Program-made: the position numbers and the translations under genes
Assembly (NCBI GenBank): GCA_963801165.1
Contig: CAWDDT010000007.1
Location: forward strand, 160,001-224,000
Length of the DNA stretch: 64,000 nt
Direction of reading: 5' to 3'
Origin: an uncultured bacterium
Lineage (GTDB): Bacteria; Actinomycetota; Acidimicrobiia; Spongiisociales; UBA5794
The notes under the pieces: model-generated
Seen by the model: the letters and a program-made list of their open reading frames with translations, nothing else
Databases searched by the model: none
Told to the model about the DNA's origin: nothing
Part shown: positions 42,259-50,688 of the stretch, piece by piece
Layout of the letters: every line of letters begins with the position of its first letter
Position numbering within the stretch: the stretch's first letter is position 1

Positions 42259-42933
42259 CTAAGACCCTAGCCGCATCATGCCTTTGTGGAGCGCTTCGGC
42301 CATGCGGAAGTCCTTCTCCTCGTCGATGTCGACCGCCTCGTACGGGTCCATCTCCCACATCATTGCCTTCGAGGTGATGCGGGCATCCTCCTGGAAGAAG
42401 GCGTTGCGCTCGAACAAGTACAGGTTCGAGTTCTCCAGGTAGATCGGGTCGAGGTCCTGGGTGGGCAGCAGCTCGTCGGGGTTGTGGTTGATCGCCTTGC
42501 CGTTCTTGTCGTACAGCCTGGCCTGGATCCGCGTCACCGCAAACAGGCTGGTGGCCTCCTCGTTGTCGAAGTAGGCGGCAACTGCGGCGTCGATGGTCGC
42601 AGCCGACAGCAGCGGGTTGGTGCAGTGCGTTTGGCCGAGATGCTCGATGCCGGGGTTGTCGACGAGGAAGTCCTTGATCAGCCAGTTCACCGAGACGTCA
42701 TGGCCGAGGAGCTCTTCCTTGCGGCGAATCACCGTGACATGGTCGAAGACGGACGCCGACTCGGCGATCACGTCGCTGTCGGTGTCGACGTACACCCCGT
42801 CGACCAGCTCGGCTTCAGCGAGGGTCGCCAGGATCGTGTGAAACAGCGGGCGGCCCGCGAAAGGCCGCATGTTCTTGCCCGGTACCCGCTGGGAGGCGCC
42901 CTTCAACGGGATGAAAATGTCGATCTTCCTCAC
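42259..42933 (-). CDS. Acylneuraminate/ulosonate cytidylyltransferase (NeuA family)
   Basis: IPLKGASQRVPGKNMR, VDTDS, HCTNPL, TQDL, ENSNLY and VDIDEEKDF motifs. Confidence 0.9.
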   Translation of the reverse strand: MRKIDIFIPLKGASQRVPGKNMRPFAGRPLFHTILATLAEAELVDGVYVDTDSDVIAESASVFDHVTVIRRKEELLGHDVSVNWLIKDFLVDNPGIEHLGQTHCTNPLLSAATIDAAVAAYFDNEEATSLFAVTRIQARLYDKNGKAINHNPDELLPTQDLDPIYLENSNLYLFERNAFFQEDARITSKAMMWEMDPYEAVDIDEEKDFRMAEALHKGMMRLGS

Positions 42934-43706
42934 GCGATCTCTCCTCTCACCCGGCCGATGTCGGTCCCCACGGTCTTCAGGTGGTGGGCGAACAGCAGCA
43001 TGTCGGATGCGTAGGCGATGAAGCGGTAGCCGGCGTCGATCATCCGTTCCAGCCGGTCCGGCTCCGGCTCCACGACGTGCACTCCCGCCATCACGTCGGG
43101 CCGCTTGACGATCTCGGCCACCCGATCCATGGCGGCAACGACGTCGGGGTGATCGAATTGGCCGGGGAGGCCGAGTGAGGCTGACAGGTCGTACGGCCCG
43201 ATGAAGAATCCGTCGACGCCGTCCACCGTCAGGATTTCCTCCAGGTTGTCGACACCCTCTATGTGCTCCACCTGCATGATGCAGACGAGGTCACGCTCCA
43301 TCCGCTTCAGGTATTCGGGGAAACCGACCCCATAGCTCTGCGCCCTCGCCAGCCCGACGCCGCGGGTCCCGGTCGGGGGATAGGTGGCGGCGCTGACGAC
43401 GGCTCTTGCCTGCGCGGCGGTGTTGACCATCGGTGCGATGATCCCGGTGGCGCCGGCGTCGAGCACCCGTTTGATCTGGGCGGGGTCGTGCGAGCTGAGC
43501 CGCACCAGTGTCGGGCAACCGGCAAGGTCGGCGATGCGGATGACCTTGCCCGCCTGGGCGATGGAGATGGTGGTGTGCTCCAGATCGATGCACAGCCAGT
43601 CGAACGGCCCGGTGGCCAGCATCTCAGTCAACGCCTCTTCGCCGAGCTGAATCCACGATCCAATGGTGACCCGGCCGCCGTCTAGCTTTTCTCTGAGAGT
43701 CGCCAT
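42930..43706 (-). CDS. HpcH/HpaI-family class II pyruvate aldolase (GarL-like)
   Basis: FDWLCIDLEH, IKRVLDAGATGIIAPMV, YPPTGTRGVG, MQVEH and FIGPYDLSASLG motifs. Confidence 0.92.
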   Translation of the reverse strand: MATLREKLDGGRVTIGSWIQLGEEALTEMLATGPFDWLCIDLEHTTISIAQAGKVIRIADLAGCPTLVRLSSHDPAQIKRVLDAGATGIIAPMVNTAAQARAVVSAATYPPTGTRGVGLARAQSYGVGFPEYLKRMERDLVCIMQVEHIEGVDNLEEILTVDGVDGFFIGPYDLSASLGLPGQFDHPDVVAAMDRVAEIVKRPDVMAGVHVVEPEPDRLERMIDAGYRFIAYASDMLLFAHHLKTVGTDIGRVRGEIA

Positions 43707-43807
43707 CGAGCTGATTTCTCCCGTAGGTAGCCCGGGCTGCGGTGACCCGGCCACCGTAGGGTAGCCTATTGCGATACGTGCCTTCCTGCCTTCGAAAGGA
43801 CCCGTAA

Positions 43808-44737
43808 ATGGGACAGCGAGCGATCGCGATCACCACCTCCAACTTCAACATGGAAAACCAGTTGCTCGACGAGTTTCGTGGCGACGGTTGGGAGATCGTG
43901 CGATCTCAATACGGCCGGAAGCTCACCGAGAGCGAGGTGTCCGAGCTGCTCAGCGACGGTGCGGTCGTGGGCATCCTTGCCGGGGTGGAGCCGCTCACCG
44001 ATTCCGTCTTTGCCGCCAACCCGCAGCTCAAGGTGATCTCCCGCTGTGGCACCGGGTTCGACTCGGTCGACCTGGCCGCTGCCGCCCAGCGCGGCATCGC
44101 CTGTCTCAACACACCACAGGCACCGGCGGCGGCCGTCTCCGAGCTCACCATCGGCATGATGATGGCGGCGCTACGTCGTATTCCCCAGTCGGATCGCCTC
44201 ATCAGGGGAGGCACCTGGAAGGCAATCATGGGCTCTCTGCTGGCGAAGCGGACGGTCGGCGTTGTCGGTCTGGGCAGGGTGGGGACACGGGTCGCCGATC
44301 TGGTGACCGCCTTCGGGGCCGACGTCCTCTATTACGACCCGCACGTCGCCACCGTCGAATATGACAGGGTCAACTCGGTCAAGGAACTGGCGGCGCGCGT
44401 CGACCTGCTCACTATTCACACCCCGCTGGCGGAGGACACGAGAAATCTCGTCAGTGCCGAGGTCATCGAGGCTCTGCCCCAGGGCGCCATCGTGGTGAAC
44501 GCCTCCAGGGGCGGGGTCATGGACGAGGACGCGCTGGTCGCTGCGCTGAAGTCCGGGAAGCTGGACGCGGCGGCACTCGACGTGTTCGCCGACGAGCCGT
44601 ACACCGGTCCACTGAAGGACTTCGACAACGTAGTGCTGACCGCCCATATGGGCTCGTACGCCCGGGAAGCTCGCCAGCTCATGGAGAGCGAGGCGCTGCA
44701 GAACCTACTCAACGCGCTGCGGAAGTTGGACGCATGA
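43808..44737 (+). CDS. D-2-hydroxyacid dehydrogenase (phosphoglycerate dehydrogenase-like, no ACT domain)
   Basis: ISRCGTGFDSVD, VGVVGLGRVG, VNASRGG, AALDVFADEP and LTAHMGS motifs. Confidence 0.92.
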   Translation: MGQRAIAITTSNFNMENQLLDEFRGDGWEIVRSQYGRKLTESEVSELLSDGAVVGILAGVEPLTDSVFAANPQLKVISRCGTGFDSVDLAAAAQRGIACLNTPQAPAAAVSELTIGMMMAALRRIPQSDRLIRGGTWKAIMGSLLAKRTVGVVGLGRVGTRVADLVTAFGADVLYYDPHVATVEYDRVNSVKELAARVDLLTIHTPLAEDTRNLVSAEVIEALPQGAIVVNASRGGVMDEDALVAALKSGKLDAAALDVFADEPYTGPLKDFDNVVLTAHMGSYAREARQLMESEALQNLLNALRKLDA

Positions 44738-45414
44738 CCGATCTGGCAGGCGTTGTCGACCTAGTCGTCTTCGACTTCGATGGGACGATTTGCCAGTCCG
44801 AGGACGTCAAGACCGACGCGTTCTACCAGCTCTACCTCGACGAGCACGGCGCGGAGTTCGCCGCCGCGGTCCGTGATTACCACCTCGAGTACGCCGGCGT
44901 GTCCCGCTACGACAAGATCCGGCACTACGAGGAGGAGATGCTCGGCCGTCCGAACAACGAGGAGTGGATCCGCGAGATGGCCGACCGGTTCGGCGATATT
45001 GTCCGCGACAAGGTGATCGAGTCACCGCTCGTTCCCGGGGTCGCGGCGTTCATCGATGCCCATCGCGGGGTCGTGCCGATGCTGGTGGCGTCTGCCACGC
45101 CGACCGAGGAACTGCGCCAGATCGTGTCGGCGCGCGGGATCAAACATTGGTTCGACGAGGTGCAGGGAAGCCCGGCGAAGAAGGGGGAGATCATCGCTTC
45201 GTTCCTCGATGAGCGTGGCGTCGCTCCCGGGCGTGCGGTGATGGTCGGCGATCAACTCTCCGACATTCAGGCTGCCCGACATGCGGGCGTCCATTTCGTC
45301 GCATACCGGCCGGAGGGCAGGGAACGACTGTTTGACGATGAGGTGATCGTCATCGACCACTTCGACGATCTGGCGGATGCGATCGTGGCGGCTGTCGTCG
45401 GGGGCGTCGCGTGA
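44734..45414 (+). CDS. HAD-family phosphatase
   Basis: FDFDGT, SATP, GSPAKK and MVGDQLSD motifs. Confidence 0.92.
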   Translation: MTDLAGVVDLVVFDFDGTICQSEDVKTDAFYQLYLDEHGAEFAAAVRDYHLEYAGVSRYDKIRHYEEEMLGRPNNEEWIREMADRFGDIVRDKVIESPLVPGVAAFIDAHRGVVPMLVASATPTEELRQIVSARGIKHWFDEVQGSPAKKGEIIASFLDERGVAPGRAVMVGDQLSDIQAARHAGVHFVAYRPEGRERLFDDEVIVIDHFDDLADAIVAAVVGGVA

Positions 45415-46745
45415 ACATCGGCAAGCTGATTCGGTACCTGACCGGTTGGCGGCTGGCCGTCGTCCTCGGAGGGATCGTGGTTGCCCTGATGGCGCTTGCG
45501 GCCGGGTTCGACCTGTCCCCGGGCAAGCTGATCGCAATCCTCGTTGCCGTAGTGGCGGTGGTTGCCCCGCTCCTGGTTGTGGTCGCCCGACTCGGGGTGC
45601 GCGCTGACGAGAGGGAGATGCGGCTCGCATCCAAGGTGGCGAAACTGGAGGAGGTCGTCGGCGGCGGCGCCGGGTCGCTGTGGGATCTCAACGCGCGGGT
45701 CGAGAAGCTCGATGAGGTCGTGGCCGACGCCACCCGCAGGCCGTCGGATCCCACCACTCTGCCCTGGCCCACGCCGGTCGGGAGGGCCGCATCGATTCTG
45801 CTGCTGCCGAGCGCCGCCTACCACCTGGCGGAGATAATGCCCCTCAACGATGCGCTCAACCGGCGTGGCCACGAGACCATCGTCGCCGTGGGCGAGGCGC
45901 ACTGGCCGAGGATCGCCACAGGGCTCGGCTGGTACGACACTCCGGTGTTTGCCCTTCCCGACGCCGCCAGGGCGGTTGCCGGGTTGCGTGCCGTCGTGAC
46001 CATGAAGGACTGGGCGGGATACGGCGAGGTGGTTGCGGCCGCCAGGGAAGCCGGCGTCGCCACCTTCGCCAAGGTCGAGGGTGCGCAGGACTTCGGCGAC
46101 GTCGACACCCCGTACGCTCGCAACGCCTACCGAACCGCCGACCACATCCTGTGCCAGGGGCAAAACGACTTCGACGCACTCGACGGGAGCCGCTTCATCG
46201 TCGGCAGCAGCCGGTTGGAGCGGCTGTTTCACGCCCCGGTGATGCCGGTCGAGGAGGAGCATGTCGTCATCAACCTCAACTTCACCTACGGCGTCCTCGA
46301 GGAGCAACGCGCCCGGTGGATCGAGAGCGCAGTCGAAGCATGCGAGCAGCTGCGCATCGGCTACACCGTGGCGATTCACCCTGCCGAACGTCGCTCCCGC
46401 CGGGTGCCGCATGTCAGCACGGTCCCGATCTCGCGGCTTCTCCTGCGGGCCAGCGTGCTGGTGAGCCGGTTCTCGACGGTGCCTTTCGAGGCGATGGCGC
46501 GCGGTATCCCGTTCGTCTATCACAATCCGCACCGCGAGACGGTGTCCACCTTCGCCCACGGGGGAGACGCCTTCCGCCAGACGGAGAGCGTCGCCGAGTT
46601 GGTCGCGGCCATCGAGGAAGCGCACGGCTGGCGGTCCGACTATCGCAGCCGCTGCGCCCCGTTCTTCACCAGACAGATCGATATCAACCCGGAGGTGCGG
46701 TCGGAGGATCGGGCCGCGGACCTGATCTTCGGGCTGCTCGGTTAG
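45411..46745 (+). CDS. Membrane-anchored GT-B fold protein (CDP-glycerol phosphotransferase/KpsS-like)
   Basis: Two TM helices and a short coiled coil, then EG, LCQG, VGSSRLE, IHPAE and STVPFEAMARGIP motifs. Confidence 0.6.
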   Translation: MNIGKLIRYLTGWRLAVVLGGIVVALMALAAGFDLSPGKLIAILVAVVAVVAPLLVVVARLGVRADEREMRLASKVAKLEEVVGGGAGSLWDLNARVEKLDEVVADATRRPSDPTTLPWPTPVGRAASILLLPSAAYHLAEIMPLNDALNRRGHETIVAVGEAHWPRIATGLGWYDTPVFALPDAARAVAGLRAVVTMKDWAGYGEVVAAAREAGVATFAKVEGAQDFGDVDTPYARNAYRTADHILCQGQNDFDALDGSRFIVGSSRLERLFHAPVMPVEEEHVVINLNFTYGVLEEQRARWIESAVEACEQLRIGYTVAIHPAERRSRRVPHVSTVPISRLLLRASVLVSRFSTVPFEAMARGIPFVYHNPHRETVSTFAHGGDAFRQTESVAELVAAIEEAHGWRSDYRSRCAPFFTRQIDINPEVRSEDRAADLIFGLLG

Positions 46746-46792
46746 CTCTCGATCGGCCTACCATTCGGCGCTGATTACGGAGGAGTGGAACA

Positions 46793-47959
46793 TTGGTGGA
46801 TGACCAGGAACCGACCGGCGGCTCACGTTTCAGCGGTTTGATCGAAACCGTCAAGGCTCGACCTGCTCTCTACGGCGGGTTGGGGGTGGCCGTGCTCGCC
46901 GCCATCGTCGTGATCATCGTGATGGCGTTTGGCGGCGGTGGCGGGGAGGAGCCCGATGACGGCACATCCGCAAACGGGTCGACCACCACGGCCGGGACGC
47001 CGGCGGTCACGGTGACCACAGGAGCCGCAACTGCCCAGGACACCACGCAGGCCGGTAGCTCGTCGGCGGAGGTGGGCCGCAACCCGCTCACCGGAGCCGT
47101 ACTCGAGACGCCCAGCAAAGTGCGTGTGGTAGCCGTCAAAGTCGACAACTCGACGGAAGCCGGCCCTCCCATCGGAATCCAGGACGCCGAGCTGGTCATC
47201 GAAGCCCCGGTCGAGGGCGGCATCACCCGTCTCACCGCGATGTTCTTCGAGAACGAGCCGAAGGTGATCGGTCCGATCCGTTCGGTTCGGCCCGTCGACG
47301 CCGACCTGCTTGCCCCCTGGCGCCCGTTCCTCGTTACCACCGGGGGCCAGGATTTCGTCTACCGCGAGATCAAGGCCGCGGGCATCGAGATCCTCGACGA
47401 GGGAACCGACGGCCTGTTTCAGCAGATCGAGAGGCGGCAGCCGTACAACCTGGTAGCCACCATCCCCCTGATCCAGAATGAGGCGGGGGAGGGGGCACCG
47501 GCGGTGTCGGCACTCCCGTTCGGCGACGGGGACTTCACCGGCAGCGCCGCCACCTCCGTGGCGATCCCGTTCTCCGGCATCGCCGATGTCGAGTGGCAGT
47601 ACGACTCCGGCTCGGGTCAGTACACGCGGATCGTCAACGGTGAGCCGTATCAGATCTATCCCGAGTACGACGCCGACCTGACCGGCTTCAGCACCGACAC
47701 GATCATCGTGCTCAAGGCAGCACAGCGCTCGGCCGGCTACACCGACAGCGCCGGGGCCGACGTGCCCACCTTCGACGTCATCGGCTTTGGTGACGTCATG
47801 GTCTTCCACGGGGGGCAGGTCGTCACCGGGCAATGGCTGCGTGCGGCGCAATCGGACGGGTGGGTGTTCCTCGACGACAACGGAGCCCAATTCACGCTGC
47901 CGGCCGGGCCGGTGTGGATGGAGATCGTCCCCCGCTATGTCGAGGTCGACTTCAGTTAG
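46793..47959 (+). CDS. DUF3048 domain protein (YerB-like), membrane anchored
   Basis: TM helix, Thr-rich linker, NPLTG, AVKVDNS, EAPVEGGITRL, GPIRSVR, PYNL and GPVWMEI motifs; RBS GGAGGAG. Confidence 0.88.
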   Translation: MVDDQEPTGGSRFSGLIETVKARPALYGGLGVAVLAAIVVIIVMAFGGGGGEEPDDGTSANGSTTTAGTPAVTVTTGAATAQDTTQAGSSSAEVGRNPLTGAVLETPSKVRVVAVKVDNSTEAGPPIGIQDAELVIEAPVEGGITRLTAMFFENEPKVIGPIRSVRPVDADLLAPWRPFLVTTGGQDFVYREIKAAGIEILDEGTDGLFQQIERRQPYNLVATIPLIQNEAGEGAPAVSALPFGDGDFTGSAATSVAIPFSGIADVEWQYDSGSGQYTRIVNGEPYQIYPEYDADLTGFSTDTIIVLKAAQRSAGYTDSAGADVPTFDVIGFGDVMVFHGGQVVTGQWLRAAQSDGWVFLDDNGAQFTLPAGPVWMEIVPRYVEVDFS

Positions 47960-48132
47960 CCGCCGAGCCCAACTTAAGATCTTCCGCACGACTGCCGATG
48001 GCTGTGTATCAGTAGCGGGCAAGGGAACTCGTATTTCCCGTGGGGCACGCTGCTGGGTGAGATACCTCACCGACGGAACATCGGCGACGCTTCTGTGGCG
48101 TAGCGGTCTCAGAAGCGAGTGAGAGAAGTGAA

Positions 48133-49242
48133 ATGAACGGCAGGATGCGAGCGCTGCTCGCTTTTGCGCTCGTGACGGCGACGCTGGCGTCGGCGGGCAC
48201 GACGGCCCCGCAGGCCCGCGCCGACGAGGAGCTCTACGGCGCATCGATGATCTTCCCGGTGGTAGGGGAGAATTACTACTCGGACACCTTTGGTGCTCCG
48301 CGGTCCGGGGGACGCACCCACGAGGGTGTCGACATCATGGCCGACAAGATGATCCCCGTCGTGGCGGTGGCCTCCGGGACGGTTGGCTGGATGCACGACG
48401 AGCAGGGTGGTGATTGCTGCGCCATGGCCCTCAACCACGACGACGGCTGGGAGTCGTGGTACATCCACCTCAACAATGACACACCGGGAACCGACGACGG
48501 CCTCGGTTGGGGCTTCGCCCCGGGGATCGAATCCGGTGTCCACGTCGAGGCCGGGCAACTCATCGGCTACGTTGGCGACAGCGGCAACGCCGAGGAAGTC
48601 CACTCCCACCTCCACTTCGAGTTGCACATGCCCGACGGCACGGTGGTCAACCCCACGCCGCAAGTCGATGCCGCCATCCGGATCACGGCACCGCTCGATA
48701 GCCCGAACCACGATGCATTCCGTGACGACGACAACTCGGTCCACGAGGCCAACATCAACAAGATCGCCGCTGTCGGGATCACCAAGGGCTGCAACCCGCC
48801 GGTCAACGACATGTACTGCCCCGAGCGTGAGATCACCCGCGGTGAGATGGCCGCATTCCTGCGACGCAACCTCGACCTGCCCGACACGGAGACCGACTAC
48901 TTCACAGACGACACCGGCAGTGTGTTCCACGCCGATATCGACGCCTTGGCCGAGGCAGGCATCGCGTTCGGCTGCACCGAGACCGAGTACTGCCCCGACC
49001 AGCCGCTGCTACGTGACGAGCTTGCCGAGCTGTTCGTCAGGGCGTACGGGTTCGCAGCCCCCAACGGCGCCGACTTCTTCGTCGACGACGACGGCAACCA
49101 GTTCGAGGCCTCTATCAACGCGATGGCGGCCAACGAGATCACACTCGGCTGCAATCCTCCCGACAACACGGAGTATTGCCCGGCCCGTCCCTTGACCCGA
49201 GCCGAGATGGCCTCGTTCTTCGCCAGAGCCCTAGGTCTTTAA
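48133..49242 (+). CDS. Secreted M23 peptidase with 3 C-terminal SLH-like repeats
   Basis: Signal peptide, HEGVDI, YIHL, GYVGDSGNA and HLHFE motifs; GITKGCNPP...TRGEMAAFL. Confidence 0.92.
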   Translation: MNGRMRALLAFALVTATLASAGTTAPQARADEELYGASMIFPVVGENYYSDTFGAPRSGGRTHEGVDIMADKMIPVVAVASGTVGWMHDEQGGDCCAMALNHDDGWESWYIHLNNDTPGTDDGLGWGFAPGIESGVHVEAGQLIGYVGDSGNAEEVHSHLHFELHMPDGTVVNPTPQVDAAIRITAPLDSPNHDAFRDDDNSVHEANINKIAAVGITKGCNPPVNDMYCPEREITRGEMAAFLRRNLDLPDTETDYFTDDTGSVFHADIDALAEAGIAFGCTETEYCPDQPLLRDELAELFVRAYGFAAPNGADFFVDDDGNQFEASINAMAANEITLGCNPPDNTEYCPARPLTRAEMASFFARALGL

Positions 49243-49247
49243 GCGGT

Positions 49248-49487
49248 CCGAGCGCAGAGCCGACTCTTTCCTTCTCCCTGTGGGAGAAGTGCCGAGCGCA
49301 TTGGGCCGACTCTTTCCTTCTCCCTTTGGGAGAAGTGCCGAGCGTAGCGAGGCGATGAGGGCCTTATGAGAAACACGGTGCCACGCGAGGCCCTCACCTG
49401 CCTTCGCTTCGCTCGGCATCCTCTCCCAGAGGGAGAGGGAAGGAACGCTTCGCTTCGCTCCGCATCGTCTCTCCGAGGGAGAGGGAG
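49248..49487. repeat. REP/REPIN-like cluster downstream of the DUF559 gene
   Basis: TTCCTTCTCCCnnnGGGAGAAGTGCCGAGCG twice, an inverted copy GGCCCTCACCTGCCTTCGCTTCGCTCGGCATCCTCTCCCAGAGGGAGAGGGAA, and a partial copy abutting the stop codon. Confidence 0.95.
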
Positions 49488-49847
49488 TCACCACGGGTCC
49501 TGTCCCAGAGCGATGAGGATCTCGCCGATTACCGTCTCGCGGTTTGACCACACATCGTCATCGTTTGTCCGGATCACGGTCCATCCTCGGGATTGCATCC
49601 ACTGGTCGCGGCTCCGGTCGTATTGCACCTGCTCCGGCTCGTCGTGGGTGAGCCCGTCGATCTCGACAACGATGCGATGCGACAGACAGGCGAAGTCGGC
49701 GATGTAAGGCCCGATGGGGACCTGCCGCCGGAACCTCACGCCGAGGCTCCTTCCGCGCAAACACCACCAGAGGATCGCTTCGGCGCGGGTGGGATCCTTC
49801 CTCATGTCGCGGGCGAACAGGGTGAGTTCGGGGTCTTGATCAGGCAT
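49488..49847 (-). CDS. DUF559 endonuclease-domain protein (Vsr-like PD-(D/E)xK fold), stand-alone
   Basis: ARDMRKDPTRAEAILW...FRRQVPIGPYIADFAC...VVEIDGLTH...DRSRDQWMQSRGWTVIR; 119 aa. Confidence 0.93.
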   Translation of the reverse strand: MPDQDPELTLFARDMRKDPTRAEAILWWCLRGRSLGVRFRRQVPIGPYIADFACLSHRIVVEIDGLTHDEPEQVQYDRSRDQWMQSRGWTVIRTNDDDVWSNRETVIGEILIALGQDPW

Positions 49848-49878
49848 ACGCTCACGTCTATCACCCGCCAGTGACACG

Positions 49879-50248
49879 AGAGCCGACTCTTTCCTTCTCC
49901 CTCTGGGAGAAGTGCCGAGCGCAGCGGCGAGCCGACTTCTTCCTTCTCCCGGGGAGAGGGAAGGAACGCTTTGCTTGGCTCCGCATCGTCTCTCAGGGGA
50001 GAGGGAAGGCAGCGATTGGCTACGACGCCGCGGCGAGCCGACTTCTTCCTTCTCCCTGTGGGAGAAGTGCCGAGCGTAGCGAGGCGATGAGGGCCTTGTG
50101 AGGAACACGGTGCCACGCGAGGCCCTCACCTGCCTTCGCTTCGCTCGGCGTCCTCTCCCAGAGGGAGAGGGAAGGAACGCTTCGCTTCGCTCCGCATCGT
50201 CTCCCAGGGGGAGAGGGAAGGCCGCGGTTGGCTACGACGCCGCGGCGA
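49879..50248. repeat. REP/REPIN-like cluster upstream of the DUF559 gene
   Basis: Several full and partial hairpin units; 50046-50218 is a near-identical direct repeat of 49314-49486. Confidence 0.95.
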
Positions 50249-50615
50249 CTGTGGGGGCGACGCGGCGCCGCACCTCTTCCAGGTCGGCGTGGATGGCGGT
50301 GATTGCCGTCTTGAGGCTCAGCCCGGCCTCGAACCAGGCAATAGGCGACATGGCACCCAGGAGAGGGTTGGCACGGCACAGCCAGTCGGCGATGGCGGTG
50401 CCGGGGAGGTCGTCGCCGGTTTCTTCGACGATGGCGGCAACCTGGTGGCGGACCGTCCGGTCGCTGAACTGGAAGGCCGGATAGGTTTCCTCCAGCCAAC
50501 GACCTTCCAGACGTACCAGGTCGCGACGCTGCAGCAGTTGGCTGTCCGTTAGGCCGAGATAGGAAGCGGTCTCGGCCCGGGTCCAGAACGGTCCAACCAG
50601 TACAACGTCGCTCAT
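50232..50615 (-). CDS. Small protein resembling Xre/MbcA/ParS antitoxins or Rv2175c-like DNA-binding proteins
   Basis: HTH-like WTRAETASYLGL, YPAFQF and WLCRANPLLGAMSPIAW motifs. Confidence 0.6.
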   Translation of the reverse strand: MSDVVLVGPFWTRAETASYLGLTDSQLLQRRDLVRLEGRWLEETYPAFQFSDRTVRHQVAAIVEETGDDLPGTAIADWLCRANPLLGAMSPIAWFEAGLSLKTAITAIHADLEEVRRRVAPTVAAAS

Positions 50616-50688
50616 GGCACCATCCCCTGCTTGCGATGTGCCTACCGACCAAGTCGGCGGGGGGCGCCGCAGGATAAGGCCGGACCCG

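Noticed and set aside
49848-50129. N-terminal extension of the DUF559 ORF (listed as 213 aa)
   Set aside because: The extension is translated repeat DNA; the family-like sequence begins at ATG 49847.
849-50248. Repeats as MITEs of a classical insertion sequence
   Set aside because: No transposase in the window and no consistent terminal inverted repeats with short target duplications; not excluded genome-wide.
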